Source of the DNA: Phoronis australis
Lineage: Eukaryota; Animalia; Phoronida
Assembly (NCBI GenBank): GCA_002633005.1
Contig: NMRA01000432.1
Coordinates: 64,942 to 128,941, forward strand
DNA length: 64,000 nt
Direction: 5' to 3'
The stretch's first letter is position 1. Each line of letters opens with the position of its first letter. Below, one piece after another: positions 38,359 through 51,671 of the stretch. A program made the translations under genes and the position numbers. The notes beneath the pieces are model-generated. The model made no database searches. It was not told the origin of the DNA and saw only the letters and a program-made list of their open reading frames with translations.

Positions 38359-39462
38359 TTTTTATGCTCCCATATATGTGGCAGTGTATTGCTGTCATCT
38401 CTGTGTGCACATTGCATGTCTGTTTTGTGTCACCAAAATCCCTTGGAGGATCTTCATGAAAGTTGGCAGATGTGTTCCTTTGGAGATGGTGACATATGCG
38501 ACAACTGGTGTGCCCCCTAGTGCCAATTTTGATATTTTACATTTGCCTCTCTATCTTAGGAGTGCGTTGGTGGATCTTTGTTGAACTTTGCAAATGGATT
38601 TTATATCGAGGAAGTGACAATGCCTTCCCATTTTGGGATAGCTTAGGCAATGTACGTGCCTCCTAGTTACCACTTCTATTTTTGATGAGGTGAGGCATCT
38701 GGTTCTTTATCTGCCAAGTGCCGAGGATCATTCTGAAAATCGGCAGATGTGTTTCTGCTGAGAAGACCACAGCTGACGTTGATTTGTCACATATATGCAA
38801 CTTCTGTGAAGCCCCTAGTGATCTATTCTGCAAAACGTATCTCCTTATCCCTTGCAAGGTCTTTTGTAAACTTTGGCAAGTATTTTTCTATGAATGTGGT
38901 AACATTTTGTCAGATTTTCATGAAATTTGGCAAATCGACTTCTTTTAGAGAAGTGACAACCCTTCCCCATTTTCGTACAGTTGTGGCATACTCTGCGCCA
39001 CTTGGTGGCCATTTTTGTGTTTAGTAGCATCCACCACTCTACCTGCCACCTGGCAGGAGAGATTGTCATGGCAATTGAGATATGCGCCTGCTAAGAAGAC
39101 ACATAGCTAACATTGATTTCGAATAGGTCTGAACACTGACTGTATCTCCTAAACCTCTTGTGGAGTCTTTCTGAAGCGCATTCCTGTGAGTGTGACTACA
39201 CATGATGCCTTCTTCCACAGGGATCCAACTACTGCTTTGCCTTGTAGTGGCAACTTTAATTTTTGCATTTGCCTCGGTATCGTCGGAGTGCCTTGACTGA
39301 TTTTCATGAACTGAGGCAAATTGGTTTTCCCATTTCCTGGTAGGTTCGACGTGTTCTGCACCCTCTACTGGTCTGTTTCTCGTGATATTGATAAACAGTC
39401 CCAGAAGTATATCGTTTGTAGTGTTATCTTACGCGCATTTCAATGCTTTGCGTTGCTCTTGT
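38359..39462 (+). mobile_element. Old diverged HINE copy
   Basis: 5' tttttatgctcccat; internal gtgccccctagtgcc; 3' gcgcatttcaatgctttgcgttgctcttgtt. Confidence 0.72.
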
Positions 39463-39617
39463 TTTAATTGTTGCAGTGCTAACTCGGGGTGATTACAAGT
39501 TGATCTTATCCTTCACTTCAAATCTTGCATTGAAAACTCGACTTGTGCCATTCCATTCAAAGGTCATAGGATTTGTTTGCATGTTGTGTTGTTGTTAATA
39601 TTGCCTCTTTGTTGTAG

Positions 39618-39682
39618 GTCATCGCAGGTACTCTCAGGTCTGTCTGCACTGGCTGCTGTTGCCTCGACCAGCATGAGGGCTG
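39618..39682 (+). CDS. MLLT10: AF10 exon 10
   Basis: ttgtag/gtaagt, 65 nt. Supplies the phase 2-to-1 shift needed between exons 9 and 11. SSQVLSGLSALAAVASTSMRA. Confidence 0.75.
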
Positions 39683-39996
39683 GTAAGTTAAGTGCAATTT
39701 GAAGCCACCGTTGTGATGTAAGCTTTTAGTTGTCCCCGCTTAATTTATCTATATCAACTTGCCTGCTACAGCCCCCTCACATCAAAGCGGTTCTCTCTAC
39801 TATCCCGACATTGGGGCGGTGTTGCCTTCAAGAAATGTTTAGTGCAAGTTGTCTGTTTGAGCCTTTCTCCTGTACGTTCCGTCAAGATAGCAATACATGC
39901 TCGTCAAGATATCAATACATGCTCAGCCATTGGGAGATTGAGTTGGGTGTGGCAGGCCTGCCTCTGATGTCAATATCAAAATGATAGAAAGAACTT

Positions 39997-40090
39997 TTCT
40001 GCGCTAGCACGTACCTGATAGTTACTTCTGCGCAACCACGTACCTGATACTTATTTCTGCGCAACCACGTACCTGATACTTACTTCTGGG
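39997..40090. repeat. 29-bp tandem repeat x3
   Basis: Unit ttctgcgcaaccacgtacctgatacttac. Confidence 0.85.
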
Positions 40091-41579
40091 CTGGCACTAT
40101 GCTGTAATTTGCATACACGGCAAGCACGTTGGGCGCAGGTGACTGAACACGTGTTGCAATACCTTAACAAGTTGTGGCAAATCATTGCACTGCATTCATT
40201 TTTGTCTCCGTCATCTTGCCCCTGGGTTAACTGTCATGGCAACTGCCATCTGGACACAACTTTAATCTAATGCCAGCAGGACTACAGGCAAGCTAATCGG
40301 CCAAACGTTTTCTTTTGCTTTTGTGTTCTGCTTATCGTCATTTGCTTGCTGTACAGTGGTTTTCGAAATTCATTTGAGCTCCAATGCACAAAACCAGACC
40401 TTAATATCCATTTCCTTTAATATCCATTTCCTTTCAGCTAAACTCTCCACAAAATGTTAATGGTTGCGGCTCCACACATTGTATTTAAATCACAACACCT
40501 TGCCTTGGAAGTCTGTTTAGAACTAAACAATTACAGCGGGAAGGCGCTGGAATGTCCCATTAAACTCAAATTAAAAATTATTCTGACAAAGTCTGTCGAA
40601 ATATGTCTGGTTTATTTTGAACAGTACTGTTGCTATGCAGAAACGTTGATTGCAATGAGGCAGATAATGTGCAGCCTTGTTCAATGAGCTGTGGTCTGTA
40701 GTTTTCCTCTTTGGACTTGGATAATTTGATTTTTAAAGCAGTGGTGATTTCATAGCACTCTGATCAAGTGTAATCTTGTTGTTTCTGCACCGATGTCTGG
40801 TTTACTTGCATTTTATGTTGTAGAGATTGTCATGTAAACCTGCCTTTCCATGTTACCCCAAAACTTTATGCATACAGTCCTTGTTTGGTGGCTGCCGCTT
40901 TAGCTTGTACCGTTGTTCGCTGTTTAAGGTTATGTGAGACCATACAAACACGTGCAACATCGTGTCTCTTGATGCCTTCTCAGACTCAAATCAATCTTTC
41001 AGATGCTGTGCTTAAGCACTGTTCTCAAATTGTTGTTAAAATCATTTGAAATGTTCCATAATTTTACGTGAGAGATTTTCAAAAATAAGACTTATTGAAT
41101 ATGAGAAGTTGCATGTAACAAAAATGAAGCCGTAATTTAGAAAACTAACAGCATTTTTTAGATTTTTGTCAAATAAAATTGTAATTTTATTGATATTAAA
41201 TGTTCCTTCATTTTTTGCTTAAATTTGCTCAAAAAATATGATCACGTAGCCCTGTTAATGGCACTTTGGTGTTAAGTCAAAAATCGAGTTCTTTCAGCTA
41301 TTTTCAGAAAATCTGTACTTTTACTAAGTTAGATATCTGGCACAAACTTGGTGATAAGGTGTCACATAATCTTAAGACAGATGTTTCTAGCTGTATTATT
41401 ACAATCAATGGTAGTTGTTCCAGAAGCAGTGTTTGCTTGATGAGTACCACTGTGATTTTTAAACGGCGAAAAGGGGGCTTTGTTTTTGAGGTACACGTTT
41501 TTGACATATCTTCCGTTACCAGTTAGTGAGATGGTATGTTGACCTTCTTTTTGTAGATATCTGTTGTGAATGAACTTAG

Positions 41580-43771
41580 CAGGGCTCGACATAACGAGCT
41601 GCAGGTCGCATTTGCGACCTGAAATTTGAAAATGCGAGCTGAGATTTTTGTCAGCTCGTATAAAGTCGCAAAATGCGACCTGGAATTTCCAACGAATGCG
41701 AGCTGAGTTTTTACACTTCTCAACAGATACCCGTCAAATACGAATCACCTCTTGTTAATCCGACCGTTGTTTGGTTGTTGCCAAATACAAGTTCAAAAGA
41801 ACACTAACCGAGAACAGCCCTCCCGATGACTTGTAAGCAAGCCAGTCGCGTGAACATGGGATATGCAGAATCGATCTTTGACGCGTTTCATTGGCTAACA
41901 CTTTCGGCCACTTTTGTAAATTCCCGGATTCGCCGAAGAAAGTTTCGGGCCACTGCTTAACACGTGATAAAACTTCACAAAACAACGGTGTTTCTATTAA
42001 TTCTTAAGCGATCAACTTACCAAACATTGTGGTGGACAAAAATGTTTGTTTTTCACATAAGATGTCCTTATTACATGTACCAAATATCCACGACAATATC
42101 CCTGATATCGCACCGCGGCACCGTTAGCGCTCAAGCGGTCCCGGCAGACAATCGTGACTTAGACTGAGATGTGCTTCTCCTTTTTATCGTATTAAGACAG
42201 CCAAAGTGAAAATTACAACCTTATTAATCGCCAAACGACGGTCACGTCTTTACTTTCAGTTGCCAAGAAATTCTCAAACCCATCACTTGTTTCTGGGGCT
42301 ACGTGCGCGAACTATGATTTGTCTTTCACACGTTGTTGCCAACGTAAGTGTAGCCCTACTCCAGCGATTCAAGTGCGTGAACTCACGCGTGCGCACCACT
42401 TCAAAGAACAGCGACAGTCCTAAATGAAAGAGTATACCGGCTTGGCTCTGGTTTATTTGAAAATGAACTCAGATTCCCAGCGGTTATAAAAGACCCGATG
42501 TCCCGGGACCGATATAACCCAGAACTAACATTATCCTGTTCCGATGTTTCCCGAGGTCGATGTTCTTTAAACCCTGTATTCTATGCCCGTAGCCAGCTAT
42601 TGCAACTAAACTGGCACTAGATGCGAAATTGTGGTTGAAGTTAGCGATCTTTTCATTCTTCTCTTTATACACCCCCCCCCCGCCAACTTTTCGCTCCCCG
42701 AACCACCGTCGCCGTAAAATGTTCAGACTCCTATAGAAACAACCTTGTTCCGGCTGAAGCGGGCAGTTAAAAAAATCATTCCGGGTGGCTAAAAAGGGTA
42801 CAATGTAGGTGGTAACGATATCCAGAAAGTCACCCCTACCAGATGGAGTTTGCCTCGCAAAATCGTATTATTATAACTTTTCTTACCATTGCAGCGTTTT
42901 AATATCTTATTACCGCAAACACTGAGGTTAACGACTATGCTCACGCACAAGCCTACTCCCTACCTTTAAAGTGTTTCATAATAAGCGCTCACTGATCTAT
43001 TAAAAGTCCCCCCTTAAATTTTGAGAATTTCCAATTAAGCGCCCACAGTTCAAGCTAGCGCCCATCATTGCGCACTACAAACGACCGCGTGTGGTTTAAA
43101 ATTGACACGCAGCTTATATGTTGTGTGTCACTTTCATTTTACACAACTTCAGTTTTCAAAAACGTCTTTTCACAATATGTAAAAACCAAATCCCGGCTTT
43201 GTTTTATACCTCGGAAAGAAAGTTAACACTAGTGACGTGCGTGTCGTTTTGCGACTGACCTATTTTTCCCGTACTTGGAGAGTATTGAAGAGCAAACTCG
43301 CGATTACCCGAGTTAGTTTGAATCGTTAACGACTTTGATGACGGCCAGTAGCAGACCAGATCTAACAAAATCCCGGATACTTTTTCAACGGGCATTTTCT
43401 CCCTTTTCACATTGCAAATTTAGCTACTCGAATGCACAAGTCAGTTAGAGAGCACTGATTCAACTTTCACGCCGGCAACTTGCCTTGCGCTCTAGAGACT
43501 TTCAATGGCGGTCGTGAAGAACAGTAAGGCCGTACCTGCATGAATGAAGTCAATTTTGAGATCCGAAATTTGTGAGTATTTAACGCTGCAGGTAAGAGCA
43601 TAATCTAAACATTTTCTCGATGATCTAAAAAATCTATTTTGGCGCGTAAAAATGGCGGGAAAATTTTGCGACCTGGCATTTACGAATGCGAGCTGGATTT
43701 TGAAAATGCGACCTGGGATTTTGGCTAGGTCGCAAAATGCGACCTGGCGATTTTAATAGCGTCGAGCCCTG
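41580..43771. mobile_element. Non-autonomous hAT-like element with CAGGG termini and 5-bp TSD (CTTAG)
   Basis: cttag|cagggctcgac ... gtcgagccctg|cttag; subterminal aaatgcgacctg/gtcgca repeats at both ends. Confidence 0.8.
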
Positions 43772-44051
43772 CTTAGACTCACTCAGACTCATTTACGGTC
43801 GAAATTTTGACAGTAAACGTTTGTTTCTTGCAGTTGGTAAGCCCAGTTTGATACTTGACAATTTGCAAGCTATAAGCAAAGTACCAGAATAACGTCTCTT
43901 GGTTAAATCACATATGAGCAGCATGCGCACTTTGTCTAAAGTTCCGATTGCTTGTTTGTATAAAGTTGCCATCAAAGAAATCATTGTTCATACAGGGTTA
44001 GGTGATATCATGCTCAACACACAAAATTACCAGTTGGATTATGCCAACTTT

Positions 44052-44213
44052 TTTAACCTAGCCTCAAGCAATATTAGAATGACCTTTAACCTAACCTCAA
44101 GCAACATTAGAATGACCTTTAACCTAGCCTCAAGCAATATTAAAATGACCTTTAACCTAACCTCAAGCAGTATTAGAATGACTTTAAACCTAACCTCGAG
44201 CGATATTGGAATG
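44052..44213. repeat. 33-bp minisatellite, about 5 copies
   Basis: Unit ttaacctagcctcaagcaatattagaatgacct. Confidence 0.93.
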
Positions 44214-44688
44214 GCATATCAGTTCTATCAGTTGTATGTTAGAATGTAGGTTTGAGTAACGCTGCTTCTGGAAAGTTACCTTGGCTGGCTTCTCTGTGAG
44301 GTGCACTGTCATTGCTATAGGGACTGTTTCTGCATGCAGGTGGTGAAAGTAACCTGCCCTCTGTTGTCCAATTGAACAACCAAGTGCATGCTGTTGTGAA
44401 TCAGTTAGAAGGTAATGGTTTGAATGTGTGTGTCAGTGTGTGATTGTGGTGCCCTCTGGCGCTTACGTATGTGCGACCAATTAATTGCTTGTGGTAAGTG
44501 TATGCCTAGTAGGGCTACTTCTTTGGTATCAATGTTCAATGTTGAAGTGTATTTGTTAATATGAAAAGGTGTGACAGATTGTTGCAAAATTGATGAGCGC
44601 AATTCAAGTTTGAAAGTCCAGTGTTGCAAACTTTAGATATCTGTAAACTGCAGTAAATCAAGTAGTCCTAGAAAATACAGTAACTAAC

Positions 44689-45997
44689 TTTTTACGTGGC
44701 AACATATTTATATGTGGGTGCATATTGTCGTCATCTCTGTCTGGGCGTCCAGCATCCGCAGCTGTATCTCCCAAACCCCTCACAGGATATAGATGAGATT
44801 TGGCAGATGTGTTCCTGTCAAGCTGACGACGGATGGCGGCGAATTTCGAACCTCTGCCTCTACTGATGCGTCCCCTTGGGGCAATTTCAGATTTTTCCGT
44901 TTACGTCTGTATCTCCGGACTTCCTCACGGCATTTCCATAAAATGTGACAGTTAGGCATCTATTAGTGAGAAGACGCTATCCTTCCGTTTTCAGATGGAT
45001 TCGATGTACTTACCGCCACCTAATGACCTGTTTTCGAGTTCGTTTTTGGTGTCAACCAAACCACTCTATGGGTGATTGTGAAAATTGGCATATTTATTCT
45101 TACTGTGAAGAGGGCGGCTGATTATGGTTTTCCGACGACTTCGACTACTGTGGCGTCTCCTAGTGGCAGTTTTGTATGTTTTTGCGCCCATGCTTGTATC
45201 TACTAAACGCTCTATAGGGTCTTTGTTTAATTTTGCAAGTGTATTTATATAAAGTTGACAACAGATGACGACTTTCGGATGGATGGGACTACTGTTATGT
45301 CCCCAAGTGGCAATTTATATTTTTTTTGCTTTAACCTTTGTATTTTTAAAAGTTCTTAACGCATTTTCATAAAATTTGCCAGATAGGCATCTATTACTGA
45401 GGTGACGCTATCAACCGGTTTTGGATTGATTCAAGGTATTTTGCGCCACCTAGTGGCCATTTTTCGGTTTTCAAGTTTGTTTTTAGGCTTCTGCGGCTTC
45501 TGCCCCTCTGTCAATCAAACCACTCTAAGGATGATTGTGGAAATTAGCATGTATGATCCTAATGTGAAGAGGATGGTTAACAATGATTTTCCGAGGACCT
45601 TGACTACTGTGGTGCCTCCTAGTGGCAGTTTTATTTTACACCCATGGCTGTATTTCCTAAACCCTGTGCTGAATCTTTATTAAATTTAGCAAATGTATTT
45701 ATTATGAAGTTGACAACAAACGGCTATGACTTTCAGACTGATCCGACAAACATTGTGCCCCCTTGTGGCAATTTCATTTGTCCTATTTTCCTCTGTTTCT
45801 TTGAAGCTGTTTATCTGATTTTTTAGAAATTTGTTCAATAGCTTTCTATCGAAATGAGGATTTGTTCCTGTTTTTGGATGGGTTCGACATATGTTGCACC
45901 ATCTAGTGGCCATTTTGTGTTGCAAATAAACGCCCCTTAAAGCACACCGTTTGCGGTGCATTCGTAGGCGCATTTCAATGCTTCGCGTTGCTCTTGT
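44689..45997 (+). mobile_element. Intermediate-age HINE copy
   Basis: Same 5' architecture, internal ggcgtctcctagtggcag and gcgccacctagtggcca motifs, 3' gcgcatttcaatgcttcgcgttgctcttgt. Confidence 0.8.
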
Positions 45998-47187
45998 ATC
46001 AGAAATTTCTCTTTGAATAAGTGCTTTTGATTTTTTACTTTTGCATGTTTCAAAAGGTTATCTCAGGTTTTTTTTTTTAAATTTGTCAATTGACCAAATG
46101 GCCTCAAATATGGGACCAATTTTCTTTGTTTTTGTTTTTGATTTGAAATTTTTATAGAACGGGGGGGGCATTTTATCATGTTTTTGTGTGCTATCTCTGT
46201 TATACAGCTAACTGTAAACCAAGCTCACCAATCCACAGTTGCATAATATGCTTGACCGAAGTGCTAAGATTTGTTGTTTTGGTCTCTAACAGAAGTTTTG
46301 ATAAGCTGCTTTCCATTGTCCTAGAACCTGAACAAATCTTTACCTCACTGCAGAATCCTAAGCCTTACTGCCCTTTACAAACCCATGCATCATAGGGACT
46401 CTATTTACTCACTATGAACCTCCAGGGGAGCTGAACTATACCCACACAAATGGCATACTTACTATGAACTATGAAGACAGTGTATCAATTGTTACCTAGA
46501 CTTTAAGGTGGTTGCCCTGGCTGATTGAATTCATGTTGACTTAAGTGATTCTGATATACTTCATTGGACTTAAATAACAGACATCGATATTATAATTAAA
46601 CAACTCAAAAAGATATGCATCACATCGCATTTTGTTTCTGATTAAAAGTATCAATGTTCTTTGATAACGTTGTTATCCTAGAGCCATTGAGTATTGGTTG
46701 CCCATCTACAGTGTATTATGCTGTTGTTTCTGAACAGTAATGTAGACCTCTCTCTCAGTGCTCGATTTGGCAACCGGCATGTCACAAATGCTACCTCAGA
46801 TTGTGTTTGCCAACTTGAGAAAAATCCCAAATCGCCACGATGTCTCCACTGTTAGTATCAAAGGCATACAATAATTACCCCAAATTTCGTTCCAAAGTTT
46901 GTGTTCACTTCCAAACTTTAAGTTACTAACAGTACTCCTTAATTTATTACCTTTAGCTCACTAAGCTAAGTGTTAAGCGCTGCCTCTGAAACTGGGCCAT
47001 ACACTTTGGTCAAGTTAGTATACGTGGTAAAAGTGCCTGATTGATTGGAGTTCAGGTTCTGTGATAAGTGTTCAGTCTGTGGTTAGAGTTTGGTATGTAA
47101 TAGTTGTATGTCTCTATCTTTTTGTTGCTTGTTTCTTAGCTTTCATGTGAACATAACTATCACGTTTTTGTGTGTGTGTCATCATAG

Positions 47188-47352
47188 GAGAGATGCTCGG
47201 CATGAACGGACCATCGACCAATCATACAGCCAAGATGACTAAAAGCCCAACATTGGCACGTACAGGTATACCGCAAAGTATGGAACAGTTACTAGAGCGC
47301 CAGTGGGAACAAGGCTCCGCTTTCCTAATGGAGCAGGGGCAGCACTTTGACA
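47188..47352 (+). CDS. MLLT10: AF10 exon 11 (octapeptide motif)
   Basis: ...PQSMEQLLERQWEQGSAFLMEQGQHFD; EQLLERQW is the AF10 octapeptide. Confidence 0.95.
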
Positions 47353-49123
47353 GTAAGTTCTGTACCTAGATTGTTATAGCTGTTATGCATGTGTTTGGGG
47401 AACTAGACAGTGAATTTTGAAATTGAACTGTGTGTTTTGTTTGCTGTATCAGGATCTTTGATCCCAGAACCAAAATTTTCCAAAGTCACGTTTCCTTGCA
47501 TTCCCTAAAAATAGCTGCCGAATTTTTTAGTGGTGTCCCTGTAAACTAAAGTACATGGACCACCAACTCTGTATATTTTCAATGGACGAAATCTGATCTT
47601 GCGCATAATCCACAACAGCACTATTCACTAGCGACACTTGGCAGACATAGCGCATTTTACTTCCAGCAAGTATGCCATCTGCTAATCATGGTCAGCTGTT
47701 GTGTGGTCAGGTGCTTGACCAGTAGCATTGCCAAAAGTACTCACGATACCAAGAGTTCTGTTATTGGAATACTTAGAACAGCGTTTCAATGTCGAATTTT
47801 TTTTTTTGTTGTTGTTGTACTAGACAGTGAAATAGATGGAAGAATTTTCCGTCAAAATGCACTTACCGGAAGCTGAGTTTGTTATGTTTACAGTGTGGCG
47901 CCTCTTCTAGGATATTACTCAAGAAAACGTCGGAGTTGCGAATCTGTTGTCTATAATCTATGGTGTCCCCAGAAAAGTTAGAAACATTCCAATAACCTCA
48001 ACATGTTTGTGGAAAACATTCAAGTCTGAAAAAAGTCGTAAAATCTTTTCTGCTATAGTTTCGTTTTCAAACAGTTCAGTGCCATTTAAAAAGGTTAAAA
48101 ACAAAGATTCACCAACTTTAACTGTCACCAACTACCATATTCATGCTGGTAGTTGTGATCCATTTATTAGCACTGTATATGGACTGCACTTCACCTACCG
48201 CAGATATAGAGGTGACTTGTTACAAATCCATGTACCTCAGTTGTGAGTTGTACTTGTTTCCAAAGCGAAGCTGTTATCTGATTTGTCAAACAAGTCATGA
48301 AAACAGCTTTAAAAATAGAGGAAAATGCTTGACAATTTTTATATAATAACAGAAAAATGCCAAAATTGCAGATGTTCATGTTATAAATGTAGTTTTGCCA
48401 AATTTCTTAACATGGCACATTCTGTTTCATTATAGGTGCAATGTGTACTATTTTGATCAAGAAACAAAAAACACGTTATTTGCAGGAATGTACAGTTGTC
48501 GGCATATGACAAATAGATTAATAACTTTTGTGTGAAGTAATGAATGACTGTATTCCACCAGCTAGTACTCTAACTTTGCTATTTTTGTTTTGGTCTGAAC
48601 TCAGGGGTCTTCATTTTGCCCTCCAATTCATGCAGGTGATATAGATTGATGCTTTTTGTACTTGATGTCCCTAAATATAAGCTACAAACTTTTTCAAATA
48701 CGATGTTTCAAATTTAACCACGAATTTGCACAATAATGCTTTGGCCATCAGTTGCGAATGTAAATTATTTTCTCATCCACTTAACTCAAGTGCAAAATCA
48801 TATACACTTGTGTCTGGAGCCTAATCTTTGTAGTATAAATCAAATTTATAATTGATGTCCATAGATTTAAGTTACACAGTAACATGTCCAAACGTGATAT
48901 TTCAGTCAGTTTGCAGCTGCAATGCTGAGGTCATGAAGTGCGAATGTGGATTTTTATTCATCCGCCTAACTCATGTACTTGTGCACAAAATCAAAGACAG
49001 GTCTTGATGCGTTCTAAAGTGGGGCTTAAAATATCAAAATTACATAAAGTTGAATTTCAGGCTCTTCTCACTAGAATCTACATTGTAGTAATTGGCTCAA
49101 TACTTCTGCTCTGCCCCTTCCAG

Positions 49124-49365
49124 TTGCCTCACTCCTAAACTGTCTCAGTCAACTCCGTGCTGAGAACCTACGATTGGAGGAACACATCCAGTCACTGACC
49201 ACCCGCCGAGACCACCTGCTGGCAGTTAACGCTCGCCTCTCCATGCCACTAAATGCCGCCCGAGGCACAGCCGTCCACAACAATGCCAGGCCCTCGCCAG
49301 AGCATGGCCAGCACCCCAGGAGTCCGCGCGTCAATAATTTTTTACCTCCTGAACAGATGTCGACG
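49124..49365 (+). CDS. MLLT10: AF10 exon 12 (leucine zipper)
   Basis: (I)ASLLNCLSQLRAENLRLEEHIQSLTTRRDHLLAVNARLSMPL... Confidence 0.95.
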
Positions 49366-49750
49366 GTGAGTCAAAGGAATTTCTTGAGTAAATGTAAGAG
49401 ACTGTGATGCAAAAGTTGAAGTATATTGACTCATTCTTGCTGACCAGTGTGAAGTCTGCAGACAACTTGAGAATTACAAATAATTACACTGTGTCCATTA
49501 GCATTCGTATTCATAATGAATGGTTGACTAAAATTTTTATTTCCTTTCTAAAGACGAAAACATGCTGTCCACACATGATAACAACAAAAATGTATTGATT
49601 GATTGAAGCTTGCACAATATTTAGAGGAAGTTTACCTAAACATTGAATCCAGTGCTGTAAGAATCTACTTAGAAACTGTTTTGAATCGCTAAGAATTGAA
49701 TTTAGATTTTACTTGTTGTGAAGCAGGAAATGATTTCCATTCTTTTCTAG

Positions 49751-49937
49751 GATCTTGGCAGTTCTCTCAACTCAAGTGTGGGTAGTAGCTCTACCCACCA
49801 TTCGGCAACACCTTGTAGTCCTGTGCAAGTGGCTGGGACCAATCTTTTAGCGCAGGGGTCCACACCTCTGGCAACCACAGTACCACTGGCTACTACAATG
49901 GTGGTATCTACGCCTCAAGCCAGACACAGTCCAGGTG
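49751..49937 (+). CDS. MLLT10: AF10 exon 13
   Basis: ttctag/gtgagc, phase 0-1. DLGSSLNSSVGSSSTHHS...RHSPG (alternative in-phase donor after 49934). Confidence 0.8.
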
Positions 49938-50084
49938 GTGAGCGAGCACTGATCTCCCTAGTTGTCTGTTTTGAAATGTCAAGTGGAGTAGTAGTCCATC
50001 ATTATGCCAGTATAAAGAATTTTTGTTTCAAAGTTATGGTCCATTATGCATTACTTTCCATGCACCAAAGTGCTTAGCTACAAA

Positions 50085-50212
50085 TAATGTGTAATTGTGG
50101 GACATATTAAGTAGTGTAATTACGGGGCATGTGAAGTAGTGTAATTACGGGGCATGTGAAGTAGTGTAATTACGGGGCATGTGAAGTTGCGTAATTGAAG
50201 GGCATGTGAACT
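50085..50212. repeat. 25-bp minisatellite, about 5 copies
   Basis: Unit gtagtgtaattacggggcatgtgaa. Confidence 0.9.
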
Positions 50213-50277
50213 ACGGTGCTGGTGCGTGGAAAATAGTGTAATTATGGTATGATAAATCTGCGCTTTATTTATTTCAG

Positions 50278-50414
50278 CGTCATCAGAGAGTCATAAAACA
50301 CCTGTCTCTTCCAACACCTCTCCAACTCTACTTCAGTCTGTAGTAGCAGACCACCAGAGGGCGCAACTGCTGCAACAACAGCGTCTAATCGCTCAGCAGC
50401 ACTCCTTAAATGCA
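50278..50414 (+). CDS. MLLT10: AF10 exon 14 (Q-rich)
   Basis: tttcag/gtgagt, phase 1-0. SSESHKTPVSS...QRAQLLQQQRLIAQQHSLNA. Confidence 0.83.
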
Positions 50415-51031
50415 GTGAGTTGTTTTGAGACCAATCATTTGAAAAGTTTCTCGAAGCATTGTCATGCTGTGTGTATTCAGGCTACTAGTATGTGTTGAAT
50501 TCTGTCGGTTGTATAGTTAGTGCAGAGCAAATGTTGAGGAGCACATTTTTGTGTGAACTTGACAGTTTGTGTTGACTTCTGCTGTGATTACCATAACTTC
50601 AGTAATTGGTTGGTGGGTCAGTCAATTTAAAATGCATTTTACAATATAATACAATACAATACAGTGCACGTTTGATACATACGGATTGAAATGCAATTTG
50701 TTCTCAGTTGGTCTTTACTCATAACTCATGATTTTGAAATATTTAGAAATCTTTAAAATTCCATTTACTAATAATTTGGACTCATATGGCTGCAATTTTA
50801 TTTTTTATTTTTTTGTAGAAAATACATTAGACTCCAAAATACACTGGAGAGGCTTCGACAGAACTTTTTCAGACTCAGTCAAGGTTAAATAAATGTGTTG
50901 CCAGAATTATTTATCTGCCAGTTTGGTTGAACTTTTGTTGCAATAAATATTATTTGACCTGGAGTTTACAAGATTTATCATTGGGGGTGGAGTTTACTGC
51001 TAATAAAGATGTGTCTCATGGTTATTTTTAG

Positions 51032-51229
51032 GACCCCCGTCACCACTTGATGATGTCAGTTATTCAGCAGCAACATCTCCATCAGGGCGCACACCGCTAC
51101 AGCCAGCCCCACCTGCCAGGGACAGTCGCCCTGGGGCCACACGGGGCACCCACGATACTGCCAACCCTTCGCCCAGGTCAGCCCACCAATACATCGGCAA
51201 ATAAACCAGATGGACGGCCAAAGAGTTGA
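51032..51229 (+). CDS. MLLT10: AF10 terminal coding exon 15
   Basis: ttttag acceptor, phase 0. DPRHHLMMSVIQQQHLHQ...KPDGRPKS-stop (TGA). Confidence 0.82.
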   Translation, partial: DPRHHLMMSVIQQQHLHQGAHRYSQPHLPGTVALGPHGAPTILPTLRPGQPTNTSANKPDGRPKS

Positions 51230-51671
51230 TACCCATGAACATAGTAGCAGAAAAGCTAGGTTCAGAAGGTGTCTTGTAGGAATAGTGACTCTAGATTAGT
51301 TGTGATAGTAGTAACTGCCGCCAGACATAAATTAAGCACTCCATGTGCACTAAAGGATTATTGGCGGTGTTACCAGGGCCGGAAGGATGGAGTTGCAGGA
51401 ACAAGTTGGGACATAACAGCGTCTGTTATTGTGAAGTGATTGTTACAATGCATATTGGTTACCGTGCATCTGCTTATGAATGTAACTAACTGTATAGACT
51501 GTAGATTGTGAACAAAATTACCGTGGACAAATTGTAGAAAGTTGTTATTCTATGATGATCTCTCAACTAAGTGCTCTCAGTTGTTGCAGTTGCCCACATT
51601 TATTTTCCTCGCCAATTTATTCTTTCAGGAAATGGCAGGGATACATCATGATCAGTTTTCATAAAGGCCTC

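Larger units (their letters stand above)
23234..51229 (+). other. MLLT10: Gene model: AF10/AF17 family protein (DOT1L cofactor; PZP + OM-LZ + Q-rich tail), 15 coding exons, about 761 aa
   Basis: All 15 exons are phase-consistent with GT-AG introns and sum to 2286 nt. The PZP and OM-LZ sequences are clearly AF10/AF17/Alhambra-like. Extra exons in the long introns cannot be excluded. Confidence 0.92.
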
